Shown: piece after piece, positions 26,001 to 37,846 of the stretch
Numbering within the stretch: position 1 is the stretch's first letter
Layout of the letters: every line of letters begins with the position of its first letter
Assembly (NCBI GenBank): GCA_977030845.1
Contig: OZ365115.1
Span: 8,804,001 to 8,868,000, forward strand
Direction of reading: 5' to 3'
DNA length: 64,000 nt
DNA from: Fimbriosthenelais zetlandica
Taxonomy: Eukaryota
Made by a program: the position numbers and the translations under genes
The notes under the pieces: generated by a model
Told to the model about the DNA's origin: nothing
The model's database searches: none
What the model saw: only the letters and a program-made list of their open reading frames with translations

Positions 26001-29000
26001 TACATAACTCTAACCCCAGTTTTCCATACACTCGGATCCCTTAAAAATATATTTTCTAATGGTGCAAGCTATATACCATTCAACAAGGTATACTTTATAA
26101 CCCTAACCCCTATATTACTTCGACTCAGATCCCTTAAATTTCTATTTCCTAATGGTGGTGTAGGCTATATTCTATTCAATGTGGTATGATGTAAACATCT
26201 ACAGTAGGGTCAATAGTATCTTAGTAGTTAATTTAATTATCAGTGAGGCAGGCAAATATAATTATTAATTGAGTGAGGTACATTGGGAGGGGATAAAATT
26301 AGGAGTAGTTTTGGGTGGTTTTGTTTTTTCACACGCCTGACCCTTGTCTACACAGGTCGGCCTCCCAAACACAAACCGCCTGTTATGGTCTCATCACTGC
26401 CCCTAGCAGACCAAGTGGTAACTAACGGACGACGCCAAGGACGTCCACTGGAAGATGTAAGTGCTAAACCTATAGTGGTGGTTCACAACCTAACAGATCC
26501 CATTCAACGAGTGGTAAAAACTAGTGTTAAAACTAAGGTGTTGGTATTAGATAATATAAACCAAGGTATGGGATGCTCAAAGGTTTTAAGGTATTTCTTT
26601 CAGATAGATTTCTTATACTCATTGGGTCAAATAGGTTATCTGCACTGAGAGATTTGACCCCAGTTTGGTGCAGGACTGCTTGCAATCCTCTCAGTGTGGA
26701 CATTCTGTCTCCAGCTAATCTTAGCCTTGAAGCTTGGAATCTCAGTCAGAAGACTTTCAAAAATGTAAATGTAAAGATGATTCTTTTCTCTACTATTGTC
26801 ACTTTCCTGCTGAGATTTCCTACTGAATTCCTAACACTGCCAGAAATCAAGAGGAATGATTAAGGAAATATTACCAATGCTTGCATGCTAGGGTGGCACT
26901 CATTTAGGCTTAAGGTGGGCTGGTAGTTTGACTAACCTTCATGCTAATATATTAACTTTTTCTCTTTAGCTCTTACGTTGTATTTCGAAGTAATACTGAA
27001 GGGTATATATTAGGAAACTGAATGCAGATTGGTAATGTTGCTGAATACTTTGACAAAGAACTAGCATAACCAGTGTTAATTTTCCAACTGTACAAGTCTA
27101 GCCTACAAGTCCAGAAGTTTTTATCGATTTTCTGACTGGAATCAGAATGCTAGTCAGCAAAGTTTGCCTGCTCTATTATTCGGTAGCACTGCTTCCAGTA
27201 TTCAGCTGCAAATGCCGAGGGCCGCTAACATTTCTAGTCTTCTTGTAGTCAGAAATAAAAGTTCTAACATTTAGCTTTAATGTCAAGTGCCTTGGTACTT
27301 GGTCTTTGGTATAGTGCAAATAACAGAATATCAGGTTTCTTATGGTTAAGAATCACAGCTGAACTTTAGCGTGTAAAATGCTCAAACAGATAAATCGCAC
27401 TGTGAATTTTTCTTGTAGATAAAATAACGTATGTTATGCGCAAAAGAATAACATTCATTTTACTGAAATAGTTCTCACGATAAATTGTTTATACTTGTTA
27501 CGTATGGTTCAATTCCAATATACTCAGTATAGTATATTCAACCCATATCCCTCAACTAAGACAGTCACTGTGATGCAGTAACCTACTGCTAGGTTAAGAA
27601 CATTGGATTTGGGAGTAGCTGAACCGTTTAATTACTTTCCTTCTATCATTATAATGTTCTGAACTTCATTTTTTAATTTCATTGTGAATGTATTTGGATG
27701 GACCGCATGTGCATGTATTAGCTGCTAGATTTAATTAATTAAGTTAATCCGTCATTTGTTTGACGGTCCATGATTTTGAAAAAAAAATGCGACTGATTTT
27801 AGAGGAGAATATTTTGCTGCTCTTTCATTGCTATCAGACAACTATCTGTATGTTTTGATTTGCCAAGGCAACTTGTCACCCGATTCCATACAAGCACCTC
27901 TGACATTTCCTCTTTCAAAATAAAAAAAATCCAAGAGCTTCCTGCTCGGGACGCAACGGCCCTGAACTCTATGTAAAACTGAAAGTGAAACTAATTCTTC
28001 AAATAAAGTCGATGGTCCAGAGGTCAGCTATTATAGAACATCCCGGCTCGTGTTCTGTTAAACATTCGTACTGGTAATCTCTGAAATAAAATTTTATCCG
28101 GTGACATCGTGCCTGAAACATAATGATATTGCTTTTTCTAAGACACCAAATCTATTGACCTATAATAAAATGTTGAACATTGATATAATGCTAATAATTT
28201 ATTCCAGTATTTTTATACTTAATCAATTCAAGCATGATTTCCCATACATTTGTTTTAAGGAATATGTTTTCAATTTTCTCCAAGCTTAACTTAGGGTCAT
28301 TTTAATGCAGTTGTCAACCCCAGTATGTTTACCAAAACATGTTATTTCACTGATTTGAAGGGATGACTATAAAATGTGTCTTTCTGTCTACAGAGTGATC
28401 ATCATGAAGATTACTGCGCCGTCTGTCAGCGGAGTGGTGAACTCCTCATGTGTGACACCTGTAACCTTGTCTATCACCTTAACTGCCTCGACCCACCCTT
28501 AATCAACATTCCACAAGGCCTCTGGAGCTGCCCCAAATGTGTTGTAAGTCCTTGTAATATGTTCAATATGATTTATATAATAGGAGTCAATAAGATTTTA
28601 TTTTGTTCCAGCAAAAAACGACAATGCAACTTAAATATTGGAAATCCATATGTTAGTTACTTAGTAATATAGCTCCTCGCATTTTGAATGAATTTATCTT
28701 TAATATTAATTCATTTGGCCAACCAGAGATTATTGTTTCAATTGGTTTTGTTTTTCAATAAATTTCTTCATTTAAGCAAGTGTGAAACACTAGAAGGTTG
28801 TTCATCTCAGCATAAGCCGATTGATTCCTCTCGATAAAATAGTCATGCTCTTCCATGATTTGCTGTGAATTTGTTTCAAAACATTTGTTAATATTGGAAT
28901 TCTACTTTCAGGCTTTAAATAAAAATTCTAATAACTGGACTGGTACACTAGCACTCGTACATTCCTACATAGCTCAAAAAGCTGGTAAGTTTTACTCTCA

Positions 29001-32000
29001 TATTTTATATAAAACTTCAATGATAATAACATTCTCAAAAAAGCCATTTACAAAAGTCTTTCACTTGCTTGATGGAATATATCTGACTGGATATGATAAC
29101 ATTAATGGCCTTTTGAGAACTGACTCCCTTTTAAGAGCTCCGTTTCTTCATATTTACAGCCAGAGAAGATGAAAAGAGAAAACTTCAAAAAAGGAAAGAA
29201 GAACTTGCTCAAGAGAAAAGTCAGCTGGAGGCGAAGGCCAAGCAGCTTACCGATACTATTGCAGTAAGTGGATTTGTGTCGCACTCAGTGTTAAAGTTAA
29301 GGCCATCTCCCACTGGTCCGATAATTTTCCATGCCACACCTGAGTGACCCTTGTGTCGAAAGGAAAATCACAGCAGTGGAGCATGGCCTTTAGGCTTTTA
29401 ACACCTTCAACCACAATTTATAACTTTTATTGCTACTTAATCATTTTTTATATAAAAACGCTTGTGTGTTGTAAGTGTATCGCACAAGAGGATGACTAGC
29501 TTTAGTTACTTTTATTCTGGCAGTGGCATTGCCTGGAGTCTTCATATAGCGAATCATAACACACAGAATATGCACAGACTTATTTTCGGTATCATACGTT
29601 TCGGCAGGGGCTGACCGTTAAAAAATCTTTCTTTGCTAATAGTCCATTCTCTGCAATCTGAATGATTTTGTTCATCATTCATGTACTATGTTGACATCCC
29701 TGGAGATCTGATGGACGCAATTTAAAACAAATAAAATTTATCTGGGCGAAGAAGATAATTCCACCACTTAAAAGGGACTTTAAATCTCTGATGAAGTCAG
29801 CTAGATTTTGATGACAGTTTAAGAATTTGATCCATCACTTTGAATATGCTACCTCAGCAGTGGAGGTAATCATATCGATGGTCCGTGTCAATCTCTCTTA
29901 AACTACTATCAAGTCATCCTTCCAGGCACCATGCCATTATGTCTCGCTCTGTATTTAGACATACATATATAAACTACCATTCCCATCACGCCTATAGTCG
30001 AAAACAAAAAACCTATAGATTCCATGCAGTTTGCTTAGTTTGACGACTAAGCACCACTTTTAGTCCACTAATAGGTTTGGAGCCTGCGTCATTACCAGAG
30101 GAGTAATTACCAACAACTTCACTATTAATATCCATTAGCTTTCTACAGATTAACACCAGCCATTATAAATAAAGCATGCAAATGAAAACTCTTTCTCCTT
30201 CTCTCTCCCAGCTTTATTTTCCCCGCCCGGCCTGTCACAGCCAAGGCCCCGCATTCTGAATGATGGAACACAAAATTCTTTGTATTCTCTCAAGATGCAA
30301 TTACATATAATAGCAGTATGTTTTAGTTGCCATGGTAACGGCAGAGCGAGCCTGGGCGGGTGAAGTGTGTTGTGGAGTAAAGGCGGTGTTAGCGCCGCCT
30401 AATCGGACTGGCAGGCCCGCGTCTTTTTGCCCTTTTCTCATTGAAGCTGATTATGTAGAGGAACTTTTTTGAAAGTCTGATGATGTTGCTGATGAGATGT
30501 ATGATATATATGTAGGCAAGACTGAGAGATAGGAGGCTTACACTGAGCCATGGTGAAGCCAGGAGTGAGAGGATAGGCTAATGTAGGACTAAATCACTTG
30601 TGACTATCCTCCACAAATGTGGAAATATGTGATTGCTATGTTTCTTCATCATACTCTTCTATATCTTCTTAGTTCTAGATGTAATTTCAAAAATATCTCT
30701 ATTCTGGTATTGCTTTCCAGAAATCTACATCTTGACTCAATTCTTGACTTTGAAATAAGACATGCCAACAGTCTCTCATGTCTGCCTCTCAACTTATCTG
30801 TCTTTCTGCCTACGGTATCTACATTTCTGTCTACCTATAGATATCCTGCTTTACCCATCCCTATCTTCAGAGGCTTCCGCTGTGTTTCTTATCTTATTCA
30901 ATCAGTTCTTTATTCTATCCACTGATATTCCCTTGTTATGATTTTACCTAGCGTGAAAAGCTCAGTCACTCAGCCTGCCTTGTGACTTCCTTCTCAATTT
31001 CACAACTCTGAAGAAAAGAGACAAAGTGATGATTTAGTAATGGGAGTGGGGTGTTATTGTTGCCGCAGCTGTTGGTGGGGTGGTGGGGTGTGTGTTAGCA
31101 TTGTTGTGGTATTAGAGGTGACTACGGCTGCTCCTCCTCCTCCTCCTCCTCGCCCCAACCTGCTCTCTGAGCTGCTCGAATCCTGGCTGCGAGTAGCTCT
31201 GGTGCTGCCTCCTGGTGGTATCTAACTCTAACATTACATTCAGAGCAACAGGCATTCAATAAGCCATCTAGTGATTAATATATCCACTTAATCTGTTAAC
31301 TCTCATAGACATGTAGGATGGTTCTATATACTGCTGTGATGAAGTGGCACACTGACTATGAGTAGCATATTGTACCGTTTTTAATTGAGTGAATTCAGTA
31401 TATAAATGCCTGAACACTCTATGATCCCCATTACAATCACGGTGCAGATTGACTAGTAGTTTGAAAATATATATGCAATGTCATGTCACATTTTCTGATA
31501 GATTATTCAATACCCAGGGTTTGTTAAAATTCACAAATCCAAAATGTATCTATAAAAATTGAAAAAAAGACTAAAATTCCATGGTCACTCATTAGCGATA
31601 TGGAAGGAAGACTAGGCCTACATTTTGGTTATTGGACAACCATAGACTAAGACATTGTTGTGAGCAGGCCGCATTGTGTCTATTGCCCTTTTAGATTTCA
31701 TGTTCATATTGCAGTAGTGGAAATGTGCAAGAAAACCTCGATCATTACATGTTACTGATATCAATGGACATGAATGAAGGAGACTAATTAAAGGTCAAAG
31801 CTTCCTATTACAACCAGCGCAGTCGTGACTCAAATGTCAATGTGCAATGAATGACTGATCTTGAAAAAGCGATTGCTTCTCCCACTCAATGTAAACTTAA
31901 TTTCTCTCATATTTTCTTACCCTTTCAGCAACAAATCAAACGTCAGACAGAGCTGATGTCTGCCAACAAGACAGCACAGATCTCAGTGGACAGGTTGAAG

Positions 32001-32030
32001 GCATTTATCAAGTTCTTCCAGACTTCATGA
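22532..32030 (+). CDS. PHF21A: PHD finger protein 21 (BHC80) orthologue, 5'-incomplete; 10 exons, 457 aa recovered
   Basis: Exons 22532-23047, 23355-23486, 23777-23828, 24144-24223, 24619-24682, 26356-26456, 28394-28543, 28912-28984, 29160-29263 and 31929-32030 all have AG/GT ends with matching phases (1374 nt total). They encode [30 protein letters not shown], the AT-hook RKRGRPPK, a PHD finger, [16 protein letters not shown] and a C-terminal coiled coil, collinear with vertebrate PHF21A/B. Confidence 0.93.
23355..23486 (+). CDS. PHF21A: PHF21 exon (VSGRRTPV...LSPEEKK)
   Basis: ctag acceptor, gtatga donor, 132 nt, phase 0-0; the acceptor has a weak pyrimidine tract. Confidence 0.7.
23777..23828 (+). 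CDS. PHF21A: PHF21 exon ([17 protein letters not shown])
   Basis: tttcag / gtaagg; matches PHF21A AFMVSLGLVTHDHLE; phase 0-1. Confidence 0.9.
24144..24223 (+). CDS. PHF21A: PHF21 exon ([27 protein letters not shown])
   Basis: ttttcag / gtaaac; matches EIQSKRQERKRRTTANP; phase 1-0. Confidence 0.92.
24619..24682 (+). CDS. PHF21A: PHF21 exon ([21 protein letters not shown])
   Basis: tcttgtag / gtgaaa; phase 0-1; ends at the first half of the AT-hook. Confidence 0.88.
26004..26189. repeat. Two-copy diverged tandem duplication, period 93 nt
   Basis: ataactctaacccc...gatcccttaaa...ctaatggtg...attcaa recurs at 26004 and 26097. Confidence 0.8.
26356..26456 (+). CDS. PHF21A: PHF21 AT-hook exon (GRPPKHKPP...RPLED)
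   Basis: tacacag / gtaagt; phase 1-0; completes RKRGRPPK. Confidence 0.9.
26715..26764 (+). CDS. PHF21A: Candidate mutually exclusive PHF21 exon ([17 protein letters not shown]) lacking the AT-hook
   Basis: ctgtctccag acceptor and gtaaat donor (alternative in-frame gtaaag donor after 26770). Phase 1-0, the same as the AT-hook exon. AN..E.W resembles vertebrate ANEEHWPK. Confidence 0.65.
28394..28543 (+). CDS. PHF21A: PHF21 PHD-finger exon ([50 protein letters not shown])
   Basis: Complete C4HC3 PHD finger; ctacag / gtaagt; phase 0-0. Confidence 0.97.
28912..28984 (+). CDS. PHF21A: PHF21 exon ([24 protein letters not shown])
   Basis: ctttcag / gtaagt; matches WPGTLAIVHSYIAYKA; phase 0-1. 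Confidence 0.95.
29160..29263 (+). CDS. PHF21A: PHF21 coiled-coil exon ([35 protein letters not shown])
   Basis: tttacag / gtaagt; phase 1-0. Confidence 0.93.
29301..29388. mobile_element. Small MITE-like element (Harbinger/Tourist-type ends)
   Basis: Imperfect terminal inverted repeats ggccatctcccactg / cagtggagcatggcc, flanked by taa and ttta. Confidence 0.4.
30326..30339. promoter_or_regulatory. RFX X-box (GTTGCCATGGTAAC)
   Basis: Exact consensus match, identical to the 19284 copy, followed by a CpG-containing GC-rich block to about 30425. Confidence 0.65.
31929..32030 (+). CDS. PHF21A: PHF21 last coding exon ([33 protein letters not shown])
   Basis: ttaccctttcag acceptor, phase 0, TGA stop; resembles the PHF21A LEKVKQLIRLI helix. 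Confidence 0.88.
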   Translation, partial: QQIKRQTELMSANKTAQISVDRLKAFIKFFQTS

Positions 32031-35000
32031 GGGAAGCGGTCGGAAGGCTGCCCCGACATCCCACCTCATACACGTCTGGGGCGTCCTGACCCGCCAGTGA
32101 AGCAGACCCACTACTACAACACTACCCAGAATAATATACTCAACAGACAGTTCCATGTTCATTGCAGGGCAATACATAAATACATATTAAACATTTAGCG
32201 GTCCAAGTTCCAGTAGGAAAACGAGTGTTATTTACATGGTGATGATATCATTATGGATATGTAAAATATACCCGGGTATAAGTATATGTGAAGATGTATA
32301 ATATATATTAACTTTCTCCCTCTCTCTTTAAAGATATATGTCATTTCCAACGATACGTAATATATATTATATATCTCTCAACTCGTGGCCAAATTCTTGC
32401 AAGTGCTATACTATATTTTACATAATGATGAAGGGGCCAGGTGGTGGATAGGCCTGGACATCAGATTGCCTGAGTGAACCCTTGTCTAATGTACACACAT
32501 AACAGTTCACAGATTTATTCTTGTATTCATCAGACAACCCATAGACTCCAGTGCAAGGGTTGTATGCAATTTAGCTCTTACTGAGTAAGAGACTTGCTGG
32601 GGGAGGAAATGCATATAATATATTGCCTCTGCTGACATCGATTATTAATCTAAGTGCAAGCTTTGAGAGCTTGGTGGGAGAGACAGAGGAGGGAGATAAA
32701 CTACTGTGGTTGTTGATTTTGTGCTTCAGGTTGACACCTTTCTTATAAAGTTGATGAATATTATTTATTTTAATTGAAAGGTTAGGAAAATTTACAAAAA
32801 AGCACAGCTAACACTAGCTTTTTTTTCGCCCTAATCTCTGAAGATTGGTCAGACGTAAATTATTGAATTCGTTTTAAATCTGGAATTTTTAATCTCCTTG
32901 GACTCATTGTTGAACAAGGTGTGATCTTAGATAATATTACATTCCATTTTGATGGCAATCCTTTGCATTGTTAACGCTCCTCCCTGATGAGGAAAGTCTT
33001 TAAATTATTTATCAAAACCGATTACCTTTGATATTGTTAAGTGAAAAATTGATCGTTCCTGGGAAATTTAACCTCAACGGATGATGCTGATAAGACAATG
33101 TTTTTTCAAGTAAGCAACTTGTACTTAAGTGCTTGGCAACACTTGTATTTTTTGCTTCTCTCTAACTATGCCCTTTTCTCTGGTGGTTCTCTTTGTTGAA
33201 GTCTTTACTAGATAGTAACTTATAATCTTTAAGCTCTACATGGTGTAAACTGGTCATGTTTGCTTCTTCATATCGCCTTCTATCTGTAGTTGTAGGAACC
33301 ATGGCCTCTCAGTATGACTCTCTGAAGGCCAGCTTGGGAAACGGTGCTGAACCATGCCGCTTGGGCCCAACTAAAACTTAAAGAGTTACTCGCGGCTGAC
33401 TCACATGCTCAGCTGATTATGAGGACTAAGGAAAAAACAATTATAAGCAATAAGTAATTAATCAATTCACGCTCTATACCCGATTAACCCTTCCTCGATG
33501 GGTGTACACACACCCAAAGATCCCCCGACAAATAACCCTGCTGTGATTCATTGAAACTTTCATTAATAATAATTATAATGACATTCTCATCAACTCACCA
33601 CACTATAAGACTATATATATGGATGTTGTCCTTTTTGTATCTGATTCTATGACTAGAGGTTGGGTGCAAGTAATAACAAGAGGCAGCTGAACCATATGAC
33701 TATGACAATCATGGTTATTCTGACAGCGATGATCATCATTCTACCCATAATAACTAACATGGTTATATTATATATAATATATTCTATATTCTTCTGGTGC
33801 CAACTTATTGCTATTCTGCAGCATTGTCATATAAATGGAAATGACCTTTCGTGTCCTCAAAATGACCGTACATAACCTTGAGTAGAGGTGCTCACGTAAT
33901 ATGTGGCTCGTCTTGTGTCTGGTGATGATCTCTAGTTTTATCTCAGCTGTATTGTGTCAGTCAGTCTTTTTTCAAACACTCACTCAATTCTGTCAACCAA
34001 TGAGATTGTAGCGGATAGCTTTGTAATTGGTATCACTATATTTAATTAGCCAAGTCCTTTTCAGTATCATTTCCTCGGAGTTTGGGAATTTCTCCTCCAT
34101 TCAGTGTGTGTAAATATATAAGTGTATTTATGTATATCCATAAGTGTTTTGTACTGTGTCAGTATATAGCTTTCAATATTAAATTATATGTACCAAAAAG
34201 GGTAGCATATATATATTTGTATTGAGGTTTATATGCCGTGGCACGACGTGTATGCATATACATTTATACACATAATGCATGTTTTATATGCATTTGAACC
34301 AATGAATGACCCAAGTATATACTGCAGAACTTCCTAAGTTGACTGGTTAATTTCAGAGGTTTATCCAGCACAAATTATTCACAAGAAATGATCCGAAAGG
34401 GAAGACTTGAACATATCACCTGGGCTGAAACTTGGTGTGTCAAATCCATGTGTGTTGTAGACTTCATTTGTGGATAAGAAACTGAGGATTTCTCCAATGA
34501 TGGCTGTGTGTATTGGACCGTATAGATTAGACCTATATTTCAACAGCTTTTAAACCTGTTCAAGAGCAACAAAGTGAGGAATAATTATCATCAGGCTGTG
34601 GTAATGGGAATAAATCAGGAATGCTTGTGTCCAATCCTTACCCTTAAGACCTAATTATCTATTCCCTAGATTGGTTAGTTTCCAATTGAAGGTGTTCTGA
34701 GAAGGCTTTCATTTTTCACTTCAAGAGACTTTGTTATGGTCGTATGGAAGAACATAGCTGGTTCCACTGAACTTAAGCTTGATTTTAGTCAACTTGGATG
34801 ATATTTAGTTGGCCATGATTGATTGATCAGAACCACTATTGTGTCTGATATGCAGCTGTATCCTTTGACAGACGAGAATACTTATATAACGATGCGCTAG
34901 AGTGAAGTAAGCATATACGACCCGAGCTCACTTCATATTAAGAACAAGTCTTTCAGTTCAGATTACAATGTTTGGGAACACTTTTCCACACCATTCATTC

Positions 35001-37792
35001 TTCCATCGCCCCATTTCCTGATGCTCTATGCAATTCAGTATCACCTGCTTTCATTTTATGGTGTCACAACACCACGAGACATTGATACAAAGACCTCAAA
35101 AATCCACGAGCAATGTTTGAATTTAATGTTTGATTCCCAGACTGTTGGTGTGTGAATGAAAGTGAAATGTTTCATCATAGCTGCTGAGAGTCGATTATTA
35201 TTATGTGCTGGAGTTTCCCTTTTAAATATAGAGCGCAATGAACTCGCATACATAGCTTTCCAAAGGGAAAGTATCATGTTGTGCATATAAGAATCCTTTG
35301 TGTTTCTATCAACGCTAAACCTGTCTAATTGTTGCTATAGCTTTAGAAGTAATTCATTGGCTTTCCTAGATAACCAAGGGCCTGTTATTCAACGGAATAT
35401 GTGTTCATCGAACAAAAAGATGTGCCAATCGCCTTGTTTCCACTTGGAAGTTTCCTTGGCGTACGTAAGGTAATTGACAAAGCCAGTATGGCATATGGCA
35501 CTTGGCAGGCCAATCAAACATGGCTCCAATGGACATAACTTCAGCTTTTGGGGGGTTTATTTATGGTTAATTTGCCAGTTTATTTGCCAATATCAGAGAC
35601 TGCTATAATATCTTCCGTTGCTTCTTTTCTTTGTCCGCATCGCCTATATAGCGCTTCACTGTATACTTTGTGCACACTAGTCATTGAAGGCATTTCAGCC
35701 AACAACTCACTCGGACAAGTGAGACATCTGATTCATTTTCTGTTCTTTCTAATAGTCCCTTTATGTTGTGAACATTATATATTTTTCGCTCAGTTTGTAA
35801 AAATAGATATTCCTGAGTAACTGGTTGTCTAATTCTGAAAGCCTTCCTCTCTTTAATTGGGGACACATGTAATGTATGCCCTAATTCCTAAATTATCAGT
35901 CCTAATCCTATTTATTTATTTATTTATTGCATTAAATTTAGTTATAGCAGGAGAAAATGTTCTTGAATTCAACATGTAAGATATATTCGTTGCAGAATGT
36001 AAAAAATACTTGATGAGAACAAGTTCCTGTTTTAATTTATTGTGGCTAATTTTTAATTTGTGCCTGGTTCAAGTATACATTGGAACCTATGTCAAGAGCC
36101 CTGCTTGCCCTGAAGAACTAGCATTATTAGATTTTCGGCTATTTCTCCAGTCAAAAATGCTTTGGTGATCGGTACATATGAATGTAAGACAAATGCTAAA
36201 TTCATCTGATATTGGAGCGTTCACAAGACGTTAACCTTAGCTTTGATTCATTCTCGGATGTCAGAGATCAAGTGTGTATGTAATGTAAGAATGGATGCTA
36301 CATTCCCCTACCCATGCTAGACAGTAACTGTACATTGGTGTCAAACTTGAATCGATGAAAATGGCAGCGTTGAAAAGGATAAAAAAATGAAACCAAAATA
36401 TTTTTCTATGTGCATCAAAAGGAGAATCCAAATTTTTTCTTAGGCCATGACCAATATCACCTGCTGTGGACTTGATGTCTTCAGTCGTCTTTCAAAATAA
36501 AGAAAGTGATAGTAGTACCGGATTCTGTAATCCTAAAAATCATTATCCTTGGATGTGAGAAGGAAAAGTCTGGAAAGTTTAATATATACTTGTGGGAGAT
36601 GTGTAAATGATGTCTGAGTGTCTGCCAAATTGTCCTTAAGTATGTTTAGATATGGTTAGCCCCCAGTGAAGAAACCCTATAGCTTTAAATATAGAAACCT
36701 TCCTGTTTACCCATCCACGTACTTGATAAAGAGGGGAGAGACTTCCCTCTTTACGTAAAAGACAGTATAGAATGACTGAAAGTGTTCATTATATTAAACA
36801 AAACCTGGGCGTGAACTAAGGTTTTAAACAGAGACAACCCTTGTTCCAAAAGAGAGCCCAGATTTCTGATCGACTATATGCTGAATGTACATAATATTAA
36901 TTATCATTATTATCATTATTGATTGGTGAATGTTAAATACTTGATGTACAGAATGAGATGGGGGGCCAAGCTCGGCATACAGATTCCATATTGTGGCTGA
37001 GTGAGTGAGGGGTGGGGGTGTATTATCCTCCACCCTTAAAAGACAGGGGCTCACCAGCCCCTCAATGGTAGTAGTACCTTCGTCTCTTTTTACACGATAC
37101 ATTATTATGTGATTTGTATACCAGAAAGACTTAGCCCAAATAAAAGTGGGTTTACATCAAAATAATGTTTTCTTGTCTTTTCCTATAAATATTGAGGAAT
37201 TTCTTTTAAATAATAAGACTGAAAAATATTGATTATTTTCAGAACGAAATTACATAATTCTCTCAAGTTTAGAAGCCCAGCCCCAACTCACCAAGATTCC
37301 TTACCAAGAAGTTTAACCCCCCAAAAATACTCAATGATTTCTCTTCAGCCTTAGGTATCAAACCAAAGTGCTTTGCTTGTGTGCTTTACTGAGGATTAGC
37401 TTGAAGGCTCTGTTTCTAAGTGGTAGATTATCTCTAAGCCTCAATTTTCTAACAGCAGTAATTTCGTTGTACAGTTTAACTTAGGGTAGACATAATTAGC
37501 CCTCAAGAACCCATAGTTTAGATGAAAATTTGCAATTGAAATGACCCAACCAAGGGCATGACCTGACCTGATTATGAGATTCATGCTTAAGTTAGGTCTG
37601 ACAATGCTAATTCCCTTATCGGTCATGTATGTATTTCCGAAAAATGAATAATTTTACTTGGGCATTTTCTTGTAATGGTTCTACCTAGAGGTCATCGTGC
37701 TATCTTTATGACGATTAGCGATTATCTCCAGGTCAGCCAAGTATCCATGTTCAGGCCCCAATAGGCCAACACGTCTCTGGGATACTTTGATC

Positions 37793-37846
37793 CACTTCCG
37801 GTTAAGGACGCTGAGTATGGGTGAAAACCTGGCGTCACCTAGCAAC
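37793..37846 (+). promoter_or_regulatory. Probable promoter of the SPMIP2-like gene: ETS site plus X-box
   Basis: cacttccgg at 37793-37801 and GTCACCTAGCAAC at 37834-37846 (fits GTNRCC-N-RGYAAC), 1.9 kb upstream of an acceptor-led first coding exon. Confidence 0.55.

Noticed and set aside
30473-30530. C/D-box snoRNA-like TGATGA...CTGA
   Set aside because: Too short, and the terminal stem is misplaced relative to the boxes.
35910-35928. AUUUA repeats as an AU-rich element in the PHF21 3' UTR
   Set aside because: Indistinguishable from a (TTTA)n microsatellite, and the UTR end is unknown.
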